From: the human T2T-CHM13v2.0 reference genome, Homo sapiens
Reading direction: 5' to 3' (one strand)
Assembly (NCBI RefSeq): GCF_009914755.1
Contig: NC_060931.1
Length of the DNA stretch: 64,000 bases
The translations under genes and the position numbers were made by a program. This document shows positions 14,040 to 26,901 of this stretch, piece by piece. Below the pieces are notes generated by a model. It had not been told where the DNA came from and did no database searches. It saw nothing but the letters and a program-made list of their open reading frames with translations. The stretch's first letter is position 1. Every line of letters starts with the position of its first letter.

Positions 14040-14480
14040 TTTCTCAGTTTTCCCTAGAGCAAAGTGTAATCTCCTTGCATCCAAGCAAAGTCCTTCACAA
14101 CGTGGGTCCCGATGAGTTCTCCAGATTCACTCCCTCCACAGTCTTTGTTATAGGCACACTGGAGTTCTTGCCACTTTCTTCTCTCTTGCCTTGTACTTTT
14201 TGCTGTCTCATCTAGAAATACCTAGATGTGTCTTTCAAAACTCAGTTCAAGTGACAGCTCCACCAGGAAACCTTCAAGCATGCTCCCCAGTGAAGGAGTG
14301 CATATCCCATGCCTGCCGCAGCTGCAGTGCCTGCATTGTGTTTTATTATAATTTGGGTTTTATGTTCCTGTTCATCTTTCTTTTCCATTTTCCCTTCTAT
14401 ATTATGAGTTACTTGAAGGACAGGGAAGGTATTTCTCATCTCTACATCCCAGAGCTAAGAACTGCAGATTGTTCTTGAGT
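14040..14480 (+). mobile_element. L2 fragment
   Basis: TTCAAAACTCAGTTCAAGTGACAGCTCCACCAGGAAACCTTC...TGAGTTACTTGAAGGACAGGGA L2 3' motifs. Confidence 0.6.
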
Positions 14481-15264
14481 ATTTCCATGTTCATTTAAAC
14501 CATTTTACTAATTCCTTTAAGTGGCTACAAATAAATCTGACAGCAAGAGTACCTAGAAAGATACATTGTTACCTGAGATGCCAGAAAGGAGTTGCCAGTC
14601 TTTCATCTTTCTAAGATCATAGTAAACTCATCTTTAATTTCTGCTACAAAGAAGGACCATTTAATTACTTCATCTTTTAAATGCTACTTATAACATCTGC
14701 TGGGATGTACTTTTTGGAATTTTCTAAATATGGAAAATCATAGAATTTCTCACTCTCTACATTTTTGGAAATCAAGTGCGTGTTTTGGAATATGATACCT
14801 TAAAAGGACACAGCTCTCTGATGACCAATAAGTGATGTTGCTGATGATTGACATTTTTAGGCTTCCAGAATTTGAATTATTGGTTTTCAGAAGAAGAGCT
14901 ATTATTTTTCCCTTAAAATTTAGATGTTAATATTTTTACGTTGTTTGTGGTTTTTTTTTTTTGGCAGCCTCAAGAAATGCCATCTGGACCAACAAAATGA
15001 GGTGTGTTCTTAAGGGCCAAAAAATAGCTAACAATTCATAAGATGTTAGTGTAGAAAATGTAAGTTACTTACAAAGAAAAAATAACAACTACAGCTATTT
15101 GTTAACTTCGTATGTGCCAAGAATATGGTAAATGATTCAATCCTCAGTTATCCAAAAGTGAGGTTATCCAAGTGCATTTCATTTTGCATTCAGACAAATT
15201 TGTTTTCGTTATTATTATGTAAACTGCTTTGCCATTTTTGCAAAACAACTGTCCCACTGGTTCA

Positions 15265-15580
15265 AAACTTGACTCTGCTACTTTTTAGCTGTGCAATCAT
15301 AGCAAATCACTGAAACACTCAGTTTTCTCATCTGTAAAATGGAGATAATAATAGTACCTACATAAGATGATTGTGGTGACAAGTTAATAAATAATTTCAC
15401 TCAAAAAATATTTATTGATTGCCTCTGCGTACCAGGCACAGTTCTAAGTACTTGGGATACAACAGTGAATAAAACAGGCAAAAAGCACTATCCTCATATG
15501 CCTTATATTGTAGTAAAATGCTTAGAACAGCATCTTGCACATGGAGCATGTAAGAAGTAATTACCACTATTAGTAGTAGT
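15265..15580 (+). mobile_element. MIR interrupted by an antisense L2 3' end (about 15396-15512)
   Basis: MIR CTCAGTTTTCTCATCTGTAAAATGG..., then TTCACTCAAAAAATATTTATTGATTGCC..CCAGGCACAGTTCTAAG (L2, minus), then MIR resumes TAAAATGCTTAGAACAG. Confidence 0.7.
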
Positions 15581-16892
15581 ATCAATACTGTGCCCAGAAA
15601 ATATGTGCTGACTGGTAAGTATGCATATACCTTAAACAATTGCCCAGGAAATCCAGTCACTTCTTTGTAGCCTGCCACACCCATGGCTGCTGGATGAGAG
15701 GTTTGCAGACCACCGAAAGGCCAAGTCAAGTCCTGGGGTGAGGGGAGGGGCAAAGCGGTGCCAGGGAGGATTTCATTCACCTCAACATGCCAATATTGGC
15801 ACTAGCAATTGAGTATCAGGGAATGCTTTCTTCCCTTTCACAAAAACCTAAGAAAGAAAGGATGGAAACATAAAAAATTCAGCTCAGGACACAGAGACTG
15901 AAGCAATCCTGAGAAATTCTGCTTGTGCCGACAGCACTCCCAGGGATGTTCTAAAGACAGTGCAAAATGTGGTACATGAACCTGAAAGGCAGTGTTGGGG
16001 AGGGGTGTGGAGGCTTTGGGACTAAACAGATTTGCCCTAATCCTCCGTTTCCTCCGGAGTTTGATACCAATGTGAAGACCCTTAAGTGCTTTTTCACAGG
16101 AGATGACTGATCACAGTAGCCTGCAGTTTGCTTACTACTCTCCAAGCTTTCTGGTGATTTTGCCAGTATTTTCCTATTCCCTTCACAGCTTTTTATCCAT
16201 ATCTTCCTTCTCCCCAGTGTTTGCTTTACTGACTCTCCCCTACACCCTTAATTATTTCTTAATAGATCACTCTTTTAGAGAATCTTGAAGTGATTTAGTA
16301 AAATTCCCCTAAACCAGTTTGAAGAAAGGCACAATAAGAAAAGCATAAGCCGTGGTGGTCTTTTCAGATTGAACTTCACCGCATCAGCAAGGCTTAGACA
16401 TTATTTGATGAACTTTCATCCCCACCCTTCACACTATCATGGAGGAACCTCAATGCTCTCAAAGTCCTTATCACATGAAGTAAGATGGATGAGGCTGCTA
16501 GCCATGCACGGTGCCTACAGACAATTCATCCAGTCCTTGGCTGACCCTTTAAAGAAGTGAGAGTCCCCCAAATAAGGCTAAGTGTCCCTCAAAAGTGCGA
16601 TTCAACAGACTCCCCAGTGATTCCAGAGGTCTGCATGTCCTTGTGCCTTATATTCCTGCAAACCTTAGTCCCACTTCAAGATGTAAGCCCTTCTAGTCAT
16701 CTGCCACCCCAGCACACTTACCCCAAAATATTCTTTGCTGCTTCTCCACTGACCCAACTTTCCACTGCTCTTCTCCCTCCCATGCTTTCAATGGGTGGCC
16801 CCTTGGGACACCTCTCAATGGTTAACAAACTTTACCAACCTCCTCACTAAACACTCCTTCTTACTCCTAACCTGCCCAAAAAACCATCTTTC

Positions 16893-17066
16893 TAGCCAGC
16901 TGCAGTGGTGCACACAAGTAGTCTCAGCTACTTGGGAGACTGAAACAGGAGGACTCCTTGAGCCCAAAAGTTCAAGGCTACAGTGAGCTATGATCACACC
17001 ACTGTACTCCATCCTGGGCAACAGAGTGAGACTCTGTCTCTAAAAAAAAAAGAAAAATGAAAAAAA
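16893..17066 (+). mobile_element. FRAM / Alu right-arm monomer
   Basis: Single Alu arm ending GAGACTCTGTCTC plus A-rich tail. Confidence 0.85.
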
Positions 17067-17384
17067 GAGCAGAGCTTTCTCCATACACCCTCTCAACCTG
17101 AGCTGGGAGGTGCTGTCAGTGTCCTTGGGAACCTCCTCTGCTCTTATGACACCGGTGGCGTTTTGCTACCTCTTCTGGTTCCTATCATCTACCAACCTCC
17201 CATTACTTCTCCCTTTTCACCAAACTCTTGGGCAGTCTATCTCCATCCACATGCAGAAACACAACCTTAGGAAAATTCAGTGCCCATAAGAGCAAGCCAC
17301 CCAACATGTGGATCCAGTCATCAGCCACTCACATCCTTTTTTCAATTACAAATTTGGTCATAGGATAACCCGCACCTCCCCAAT

Positions 17385-17535
17385 CATAGCACTTATCACA
17401 CGGTTGGTTCTCTCCCCAGTTAGAGTGTAAACTCCATGAAAACAGGGATTTTTGTCTGACTTATTTACTGCTGTAGTCTTAACCATTACCACAGCGTCTG
17501 ACACAGAGCAAACTAAGTATTTGCTAAATGAATAA
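17385..17535 (+). mobile_element. L2 3' end
   Basis: TAGAGTGTAAACTCCATGAAAACAGGGA...GTCTGACACAGAG..TAAGTATTTGCTAAATGAATAAATG. Confidence 0.75.
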
Positions 17536-18074
17536 ATGGTGTCCTGTGCTTGCCTCAATGAACAAAATGACTTCCCAAAGGAAAACACGGTTTGAGAAAT
17601 ATATGAAATCCACAGGCCTTGAGCTAATTTGCATTCAGTAATGTGGCAGGGATGGGTGCGAAGCCACCCATGTATTATTTGTTCTTGTAACAGTTTATGA
17701 GTTGCCAAAAAGATCAGAAGAGCACTTGTTCACTGAACAGGATCATCGCTGGGCTAACGAAAATCTTATCTCAAAGGGAATTTCCAATGGCACTTTCCTG
17801 ATGATGTTTATGGCCATTCATTCTTTTTTATTTTCATGTAAATTACTCTGATTGTGGGCTTTTCTTGTGGACCTAGACAAAACTGATCCTGTTGGATATA
17901 TTTTTGTTGAGGACTACGCTGGACTTTTTCTTGAGGACTACCTGGCTGGGTATTCCCTGGACTCAAACACAGCCATACCACATTTGGAAGACAAAGTAAG
18001 AGAAGCAAGTATTTACCAAAATAGATGAATTTAGCAAATATTCTTTGGGTTTGATCTGCTAGGGCATTTGATAG

Positions 18075-18418
18075 TGAGACAGCCAAGTGTAAAGGGGTTC
18101 CTGGAAAAACTCCAACCGGTCTGTGCACTGGGAGGAGTGCCTACTGCGGTGGAGCCACAGAAGCATGAGCTGTTTGCAGCCGGGAGGAGCGTGTCCCCTC
18201 CTCTTCCTGGGTGGAGCCTCAGATTCGATCTCCGAGGCGGGAAGCATATACTAGCAGGACTCTCGCTCTGCTGAGGGTCCCTGTTTCCTCTTTTTTTTTC
18301 CTTTTCCCCCAATAAATTCCATTTTTCTCACCCTTCAAAGTGTCTGTGAGCCTAATATTTCATGGCCATGTGACAAGGACCCCATCTTTAGCTCAACTAA
18401 GGACAAAGTCCTACAACA
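18075..18418 (+). mobile_element. MER61 (ERV1) solo LTR
   Basis: TGAGACAGCCAAGTG start, internal AATAAA, TTAGCTCAACTAAGGACAAAGTCCTACAACA end; 4-bp TSD ATAG/ATAC. Confidence 0.85.
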
Positions 18419-20535
18419 ATACCATAAGGATAATGATGAGATCATCAAACCCTTTATACTCCTTGGAAGTAACTTTGTATTTGACCTTGTAACTTCGTTA
18501 ATGAAATAGTGTTATTAATCAGGATACATTTTTTAAATTGTGATATAATTTGTGATTTTTTAAAACATTGTAACTACAGTCCAGACGTTGATGAAAGGGC
18601 AAGGGAACTCATGGTTTACAGAAGTTAACTGAGATTCTGGCTTTTAGGGATTCCAGTCCTGACTTCACAATAGTTGGCCAATATTTAAGAAAAGTTTCTC
18701 TCATGTAGAATAAGCATGCCCCTCCTTCTGGGCCTTTCTGTGCAGCTTTCAGGAACACCACAGAGATGCCTTAAAATTAATACTGCATAAATACACAGTA
18801 ACCCATGCAGCGTAAATGCACAGTATCACAGCAGCTGAACTTTGGGACCAAAAATAGGTATTCTAATCAAGTAGCTTTTTGAAAATAACCTATTTTTGTT
18901 ATAGAATAGACCCAGTCAAGAATATCTCCACAAAGGACTTACAATACAGTGATCAGTACAATTCTCTCTTTTGTGCTTAGGGTGATATTAGTGACTTCTC
19001 TAGTCAGGTGTTCTAAGAAATATAGCATTTTCTCAACCATAGGCATTTAGTCTTATAACCAGGCTTTTGAATTTCAATGTAAAAATAGTACCACAAATTT
19101 CTATAAAACTACCTAGGGATTTTAATCAAAATAAAGTCAAGCAATAACAGCTACCATTTAATGAGCATTTATTATGTGTCATGCTCTGTGCTCAGTTCCT
19201 TTCATGCATAATCTTCCTCTAATGTAGAAGGCTTCAGAATTCCATGAAAAATGACAGGCATCTAAAAGGGAAAACTTGATTACAAAATATAGGCATTGCA
19301 CTGACTCTGAAAAGCAGTGGGCATATGGGAGGAATTATTAAGGTAATAAGCTTTAGAGACACAATCATAAAAATGTAAATGTACCAGTTAAGTCAATTTT
19401 TCCCCTTGGATCAAAACTGTAGTCTCTGTAGGTTGGGAGCACAGAACCTTGAGGAGCTCTTGGGAAATGTCAGAGCAGGCTTAACAACTTTATCCACTGA
19501 CACGCCTCTAACGGAGATTCTCTGCAGTATTGGAAGCATCCCCAACCTGCATTAGAGCACTAGCCAAATCTGGAGTGACTGACATGGTATTATAGCATTA
19601 TTGTTATAATCAAACAGATGTTCAGAAAGTAAAATGATAAAAAGCAAAAATGAAATATAAATCACAAACGGTTTATAAGTATCCCAGCAGGAAAAAAAAA
19701 TCAAACTTTTACAAGTATTTACTAAGTAAAAATCTCAAAAACTTAAAGATGAAGTAATTCCATTATTATTTATGCACCAAACCAGTGCCACCAACCCATA
19801 CAATATTAACCATGAAACAATTATAATGATACCTAAAAGGGATAAACAAAAAAATTTACTTCATCAAGTAAAGACCAATTATTATCACAATTAAATACTA
19901 ACCTATATATTAAATGGATCAATGTATGATGTGAAAAGTGAAAACAAAACACATTTCACCATTTGGAGTAATGAAAGGAAATATGAGTTATTTCTAAAAA
20001 ATCAAAGTAAGTACATCTAGTATTATGATTGCTAACTGAAGTCAAAAATATTAATAGTGATTAGGAAAAAATCACAGCCCACCAAAGAGATCACCTAAGT
20101 TTTAGATTTAGATGATAATAAATGTAAGAGTTTAATTAGTTGTGAATTAGTTCAGGTGCCCTTTAAGCTATTTGTACTTAAGTGACGTGAATCATGCCTG
20201 ACTTGGCTGGCTGCATTTGTTTCTAACTATGATTTAGCCTGGGCACACATTAACTTCCTTAGCATAGTGTGAGCACCGGCCCAGTGAATGTCTGTCTGTA
20301 CAATCCTGGTTAGGTTTTTTAGAAGAAAGTTGTTTAAAGAAAGGTAAAAAAGCATAGAGACTTTTGAAACCTGTTTTGTTTTCATGTTTCTCTAAAATTT
20401 CTCTGGGAACAAAGGCTGTTTCTTGCCAATTATTGGAAGAGAAGGGAAGTATCCTCTGTTCACCTTACCGAGTTTGCCTCTTCAGGGCATGTTTTTGCAC
20501 AGAGAAATCTCTTACTGTAGCCTCATGCCTTAGGA

Positions 20536-21200
20536 GAGAGGTCAACAGACTTTTTCTTTAAAGGGCCAGATGGTTAATATTTTAGACTTTGTGGACCAAG
20601 AAGCAAAATCAAGGATAGTACATAGACACTTACATAAAAAGAAAGAAAATATATTTTCACAACATTTTTATTGGTAAAATTCAAAATATAGTGATTATAA
20701 CAATTCGGTACAATTCTTTTGGAATACAGGTCTACTAATGAAAAGAATGAAATTCACTTAATCAGGAGTTTAAAGTTACAGTTCTAACTGGGCCCAGTGG
20801 TTCACGCCTGTAGCCCCAGCACTTTGCAGGGCCAAGCTGGGTGGATGGCTTGAGCCCAGGAGTTTGAGACCAGCCTGAGAAACATGACAAAACCTTATCT
20901 CTATAAAAAATAGAAAAATTAGCTGGGTGTGGGAGCACACACCTACAGTCCCAGCTATTCTGGAGGCTGAGTTGGGAGGATCACCTGAGCACCAAGAGGT
21001 CAAGGCTACAGTGAGCCATGATCACACCATGGCAACAGCCTGGGTGACAGAGTGAAACCCTGTCTCAAAAAAAAAAAAAGTTAGAGTTCCCTATCATCAA
21101 ATAAATTGCAAATATTTATTTGTAAAAATTATTCTTAGCTCATGGGCCATACAAAATAAGATGGCCAGATTTGACCTGAAGATCATAGTTTGATAACTAA
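20536..21200. mobile_element. MER58B-like hAT-Charlie element, split by an AluJ
   Basis: ACTTTTTCTTTAAAGGGCCAGATGGTTAATATTTTAGACTTTG start; TTCTTAGCTCATGGGCCATACAAAA..GGCCAGATTTGACC..TAGTTTG end. Confidence 0.8.
20786..21076 (+). mobile_element. AluJ
   Basis: GCTTGAGCCCAGGAGTTTGAGACC J-type diagnostics; TSD AAAGTTACAGTTCT/AAAGTTAGAGTTCC. Confidence 0.92.
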
Positions 21201-21689
21201 GAGACTTCATAACCGTGCCATGAAAGGGTTAAAAGGCAGACGAAAGCAAAGACCAGCAACAGTAGAAACTGTAACTTACATTTTTTTCTGAAATATATTT
21301 ATGTGCTTCTTTATTGCACACTTCATTTTACTTGACCTTCTCTTTGATTGGCCAAAGGTATCCATTTGCCTTGGGAGTAGATTAGAATTCTTAAGCAGAA
21401 ATGAAAAGGGGGAGAAACAATCAATGTTTAGTGACTGACTACTAAAATAAAAATGTTCAGTTCCTAGTAAGACCAGAGTACTGAAGTCAAGCATAGCTGA
21501 GAGAGTTAAACTTTTTAAAAAATTATTTAAATTTCTCTCTATATCTAAAGAGCCAGATTTGACTGGCTGCTACCTTCGGTTTCACTCATATGAAGAGACA
21601 GGTTTCACTGACTGCTACCTTCAGTTTCACTTAGCCAAAGTGAATTCAAACTGTCTCCACAGGAGAGAAGAAACACTGTGTGTCATTGG

Positions 21690-21830
21690 GCATTATGTAA
21701 GTCACCTAAACCTCGGACTCTTTATCTGTAAAATGGGAATAATGATTCCTACTTCCTATGGTTATGTGATTAAAAGACCTAATGAATATAGAGCACTTTC
21801 CACAGTATATGCCAACAGTACTCAGTAAAC
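21690..21830 (+). mobile_element. MIR
   Basis: TTTATCTGTAAAATGGGAATAATGATTCCTACTTC core. Confidence 0.7.
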
Positions 21831-22189
21831 CTTAGTGCTCTGACTGTAGTAGATAAACAGATCAAACAGTTCATCTTTATGTATGATGTAAAGAATATCC
21901 ATTACATCTGAGGTAATCCACAAAATGAGTTTTTCCTTAAAGGCGTCTACTGTCTAATCATTCAGGGTCCATTTTCCATGCATTGCTTATGCAAAGCTTA
22001 TTATCCTCTTCCTTCACAAGGTCCTCTTTTACCTGACTCCATGCTCACTGCCTCACCGTTACCACCTCTCCTAGACCTGAGCTTGCTCTGCCACAAAGCA
22101 GGTAGTGTCCACTCCGCCCACTTCTCTATACTCTTGGACTCAGCACTACCGCTTCTATGGGCTCTTCCAAGGTTCAGAAGCCAGGACGC

Positions 22190-22290
22190 CAGTGAGTCAG
22201 TTGCCAAGTCAGAGCCACAGGCTCAGCTGCTGTGACGCGCCCCTCCCCTTGCGTCATTAAACAGTCAGAAGACTACAGCACGTGTCCTTA
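22190..22290. promoter_or_regulatory. candidate distal enhancer core
   Basis: TGAGTCA (22193), TGCCAA, CAGCTG, TGACGC, GCCCCTCCCC, TTGCGTCAT (22249) and CACGTG (22279) within 100 bp of unique, CpG-retaining sequence. Confidence 0.55.
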
Positions 22291-22469
22291 GGGAAAAGAA
22301 GGCTCTCTTGAACCGGTGCAAGCCTCTCCCTTTTCCACCAGTCATTTCAGAGTCTCAAGCTTAAAAGTGTATTCTCCAGCAAAGAAAAGCTGTCCCATAC
22401 TTAGAGCTCTCCTCCCAGTGAAGATCCAAAACAGACTATGAGCTTATTAATGGTCATTCTCATAGAATT

Positions 22470-22620
22470 GTAACATTCTAGAGCTGAACAAGGTTTAAAG
22501 GTAGTCTAATACAGCCCTTTCATTTTGTAAAAGAAGAAACCGGGGCCCAGAGAAGCTTTGGCTTGTCTGAGGTCACAGAGCCAGATGAGACCTGATTCTT
22601 AGTCCTGTATCTTTCCATTA
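22470..22620 (-). mobile_element. MIR
   Basis: TTCATTTTGTAAAAGAAGAAACCGGGGCCCAGAGAAG..TTGTCTGAGGTCACAGAGC. Confidence 0.7.
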
Positions 22621-22964
22621 GATCCTACTATTTTCTGTTTGATCTGGTGGTAAAAAGACAGGGTTGGATTACATCATGCATGCCCTTTAAATAATACAAT
22701 CCAAGTAACTGCCATATTATAGGGACTATTGACAAAAGAAGGGAACACCCTCCTCCACTGAGATCTGCATATATTGCAATAAGCAAATGTCTTACATTTA
22801 ACTTGATTATCTGAAAATTGAATTTACATAACTAGGAACACATGTGATATTATGATGGGACTAATGCACACCAAAAAGGATGACTTTTATCTACAAAATA
22901 TACTCTTAGTATCCTGACTAGGGACAATGAAAAATTCAAGATGTTCAATTCTCACCCATCTGCG

Positions 22965-23034
<70 letters not shown>
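22965..23034. repeat. compound microsatellite (GT)14(AT)5(GT)16
   Basis: Read directly. Confidence 0.97.
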
Positions 23035-23036
<2 letters not shown>

Positions 23037-23837
23037 TTATCCTGACAGTATATGACAGATCAAAATTTTCAATTGGTGAAGTTTCCTATAAACAAGGAAA
23101 GACCTGGCCCTGTTATGAGTTTGCCCTTCAAGCTGGAACTCCAGCTGGGACTAAATCCAGTGCTGTGGGGCTCAGCAGTCGATGTTGTTGAGACTGAACA
23201 CAGATTATAAGGACATTGCATTTATCTAGACTTTGGTTAAATATAAGGGTTACAATAAAAAGAAAGAATATATCATGTCAAATTTGGCCAAATCCATGTA
23301 AACTCTAACCTACTTAGCCTACTCAGCATACACATTCTGAACTGTAAACTATAAACATTAGTTGACTGATTAGTCCTCAATTTCACCATGGATTAAATAA
23401 CAGAACACAGAGTTACTGTGAGACTTGTGGTAGAAAATCTTTAATTCATTCCCCACATATGTGCTAACATTTGATACAGCTTAGAATTTAAAAAAACATA
23501 AAAGAAGGCTATAAAGTAAAAGTTACAAAAAAGGGGGAGGAAAAGGAAAAGGAGACAGATGATTTTATCAGAAACTTGGAATGAGGCACTTGTCACAACT
23601 AAACACTGAATTTACCCTGGGCTTCCTGACCACAAATAGTAGTGATGAAACTAAGCTCCTCATTTTTATATATTTATAACCACATAGACAGCACTTTGTT
23701 TATCTCATTTAATCCCCCTGGTTTCACATATTTTGAAACCAAGGGAATCACATATGTAAAGAATTTTCTGAGTTGCATGGTTATAAGCCAAAACTGCCTA
23801 AACTAATGTAATGAAATTACATTATGGACTAATTGAA

Positions 23838-24175
23838 GGTCTACGATTACTTATCCAAAACTACTGGGAACAGAATTCAGAATTATTCAGGATTTTAAAA
23901 TGTAATCAATTATATAGAACCTATGTTAAGTATCATATGTTACATATCATATTCAGATAATCTAGGGTAGTACCCTATAATCAGACAGATTACTATTTCT
24001 AAAATGAAATCTATAAGGGGTTACACTGGCTGGTGTAGGTGAAGTCTATAAATATCTTCACATAAGTTCACACTAGATTTGATTTTGCACCACTGGAATT
24101 TGTCACAAATTTATGAAAAAGTTTAATTTTCAGAGCTTTTTGGATGTAGGAATGGTAGATAAAGAGATTATGCTT
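23838..24175. mobile_element. MER46C (TcMar-Tigger) DNA transposon
   Basis: CTTATCCAAAAC..GAATTCAGAATTATTCAGGATTTT start; TTTTCAGAGCTTTTTGGATGTAGGAATGGTAGATAAAGAGATTATG end. Confidence 0.7.
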
Positions 24176-24409
24176 ATGTGCTCACACACATACAAACACT
24201 TGCACATACACAACAAATAACTATACATAAGCGGTGCAAGCTTGGCAGTTTTTCTTAATATCTGTTTGACCTGCAACAAATCATATGAATCTGGGCCATT
24301 TTCACACACATTAAAAATAGGAGTAAATGTGGAATTAACCAAAGATAAACTGTGACTAAATGTTGCAAACACTCTTCGAAGCACTCTCCATGAATGAGCA
24401 TAGCCGGGA

Positions 24410-24560
24410 GGTTAGCAGACCTGAACGCCTTCACAGCTCTGCTGTTGACATTCCATGTGACCCCAGAAAAGTCACTTGGTTTCCCTGGTCCTCAGATTTC
24501 TCTCCTGTAAAATGAGGCCGTTGGAAGTGATGGTCTCTAAGGCCCTTTTCAGTTCCACAA
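24410..24560 (+). mobile_element. MIR
   Basis: CCTCAGATTTCTCTCCTGTAAAATGAGG...GATGGTCTCTAAGGCCCTTTTCAGTTC. Confidence 0.7.
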
Positions 24561-26314
24561 GCTGTGCTTATAAAGTTTTTCATTTTATTCATGTCTATAG
24601 GTTTAATTTTTAAAAACAATACCCAATAATAAGGTTTCAAATTATCTCTTGGTCTAATGTGCCTGTTTTTACACAGTGTCAATCATCCTTGAGTCACTGA
24701 ATCACAAGAGTTTTAGGCCAGTCATTTCCTTCACCGTTTCTAAATACTGTACCCTGTTTTACACACAAGCAACGTGAACAACGAAGCGTGATGGTAAAAA
24801 CAGGACGCTCCGGCTCCCTTCAGCTGGACTTTGCAAACCTCTTTGTGTTATTTTACACGCCTTGATGTCCTAAAAATAAGAACAGAAAGTGCCGCAAGAT
24901 TATTTCTCAACTCTGGAAATATTTGTGAGTAATTTTGCCAAACTTTATTAGTCAGAAATGCTAATTGAAAACTCCAGATGGCAGCATCACAGTCACCTTG
25001 CTTTGCTAATTTTCTTTGAAATCTTGCCCTCCTAAGAAAACACATTGAAAAGAAATCTCTTTGAAACATTATCTTCGGCATGGAAATTAGCTTCTCAAGG
25101 ATTTTAAAGAGCAAACTCTTACTTGCGGCCTCTTTGTTCCATTCTTTTTTGTAAAGTCACTGTTTCAATTTATAAAAAATGAATTTTGGGATAGCCCAAT
25201 GGTAGGATATAATAAGTTGAGATTTTATTTTTAAAAAAATACTTATCAGTTTTGAATCTTACTAAATTTTTGGAACTCAGGGGGCAATTACTGCATTTTC
25301 TAATGTCCTCCCAGAGCCAACTCAAGTTCAAAGTTTCCAATGACCTTGAATAGGATTTTGTGTTCATGTCAGCTGTTGGGATATGAAGAATAAAATAAGA
25401 ATCTAGGTCAGTGTTGCTTATGCTGATAGCATAGCTTGTGTATTTCTCCATGATTTATATTTTTGCTAATGTATACTTTCCCCTTTAAATGCAAAATATG
25501 TCTCTAATATTGCACATGTGTATGTGCACACTCAACAACTTCCCTAACCTGTCCTCAAAACTGGTAACTTATGTCACTACAATTACTTAGTTAACTGATC
25601 AAACTGCTAAACAGCCTAAATATCCTAATATATTTTATTTAAGAGTTTAAGACCAGGTCCTCCAAATCTCACCTTGATTTTCTACCTTCTAGTATGTATA
25701 CCTCCTGCCCTTCCCTGGTTGCCTCCATGAGTTTAGAATGGAAGGTGGAAAGCAAATGTAAGGATCAGGACAGCTTATCTTTTCAGCCCTTTCATCTGTG
25801 TCCCAGGCTCCCTCCTACACTCGCACTGTGCCTTGAACAGTGGCCTGAAGTTAATATATCAGTATTTATGATGGTAGAGACACAGTTTGACATGTAATAT
25901 ATCCCAATACGTACTATTGTGGAAATCTACTTGTAGTTCATCTTTCCCAGCTTAGTGAAAGAACATGTGTTCTAATATATAGAAGAAAAGTTTTTATGGC
26001 TCACTTTATATTTTTGAACATTGCAACCCATTTCCTAATTCAGGAAGCTTTTCTACACTTCTTTTAAATAGCCATTGCTATTTCTACTCATTTCTCTACT
26101 TTTCTGAATGATAGTTCTACTTAATTAATGTATTTTAAAGTTTAGCAAGCAAAGTTATGTAATTTCTCTGCCTTTTTTCCCCCTAAGAGTAAGGCCTTGG
26201 AAAATACACACAAAAAAAGTTATATATTTAAGATCACTATAAAATATATGAAGAAACATTTTGATAAGTTCAGTGATTTAATTGGGGATATGAGTCCAGG
26301 CGTGATAGAGCGAG

Positions 26315-26381
26315 ACCCTGTCTCAAGAGCACGAGAACCCACTTACTTACCACCCAAACTCACCTCACCTATCTAATTTTA
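26315..26381. repeat. left arm of a perfect 67-bp inverted repeat (partner 26902-26968)
   Basis: Base-by-base reverse-complement identity 67/67. Confidence 0.95.
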
Positions 26382-26699
26382 GCAGTGGCTCATGCTTGTA
26401 ATCCCAGCACTTTGGGAGGCCAAGATGGGTGGATCACTTGAGCACAGGGGTTCGAAACAAGCCTCGTCAACATAGCAAAACCCCGTCTCCACTAAAAATA
26501 CAAAAAGTTAGTCCCGCGCGGTAGCCTAAGCTTGTAATCCCAGCTACTTGGGAGGCTGAAGCATGAGAATCGCCAGAACCTGGGAGGCAGAGGTCACAGT
26601 GAGCTGAGCTGGAGTCATTGCCCTCCAACGTGGGCAACAGAGCAAGACACTGTCTCAAATTAATTAATTAATTAAAAATTAAAAATTAATAAATTTAAA
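26382..26699 (+). mobile_element. old Alu (Jb/Sz-like) missing its first ~8 nt
   Basis: Begins abruptly at GCAGTGGCTCATG; tail has decayed to (TTAA)n/A-rich. Confidence 0.9.
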
Positions 26700-26901
26700 C
26701 GGGGGTATGGAAAGAGAGCAACCTCTTTTCTCCCCGCTCCACTCTGGCCCTAACATACCACTCACGCAGCCCTTGCCTGGATCACCACCCTCATTGACCT
26801 TACAACACTTGCTGATTTTGCCTACTGATCCACCTGCAGGTGGGGAGTAAAGAAGAATCAGGGAAAGTCTGTTAAGGAGAGATGGAAACAGGGCTAAGTC
26901 A

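Noticed and set aside
18075-18418. MER61 LTR as a p53 response element
   Set aside because: Some MER61 subfamilies carry p53 sites, but I could not find a paired RRRCWWGYYY motif in this copy.
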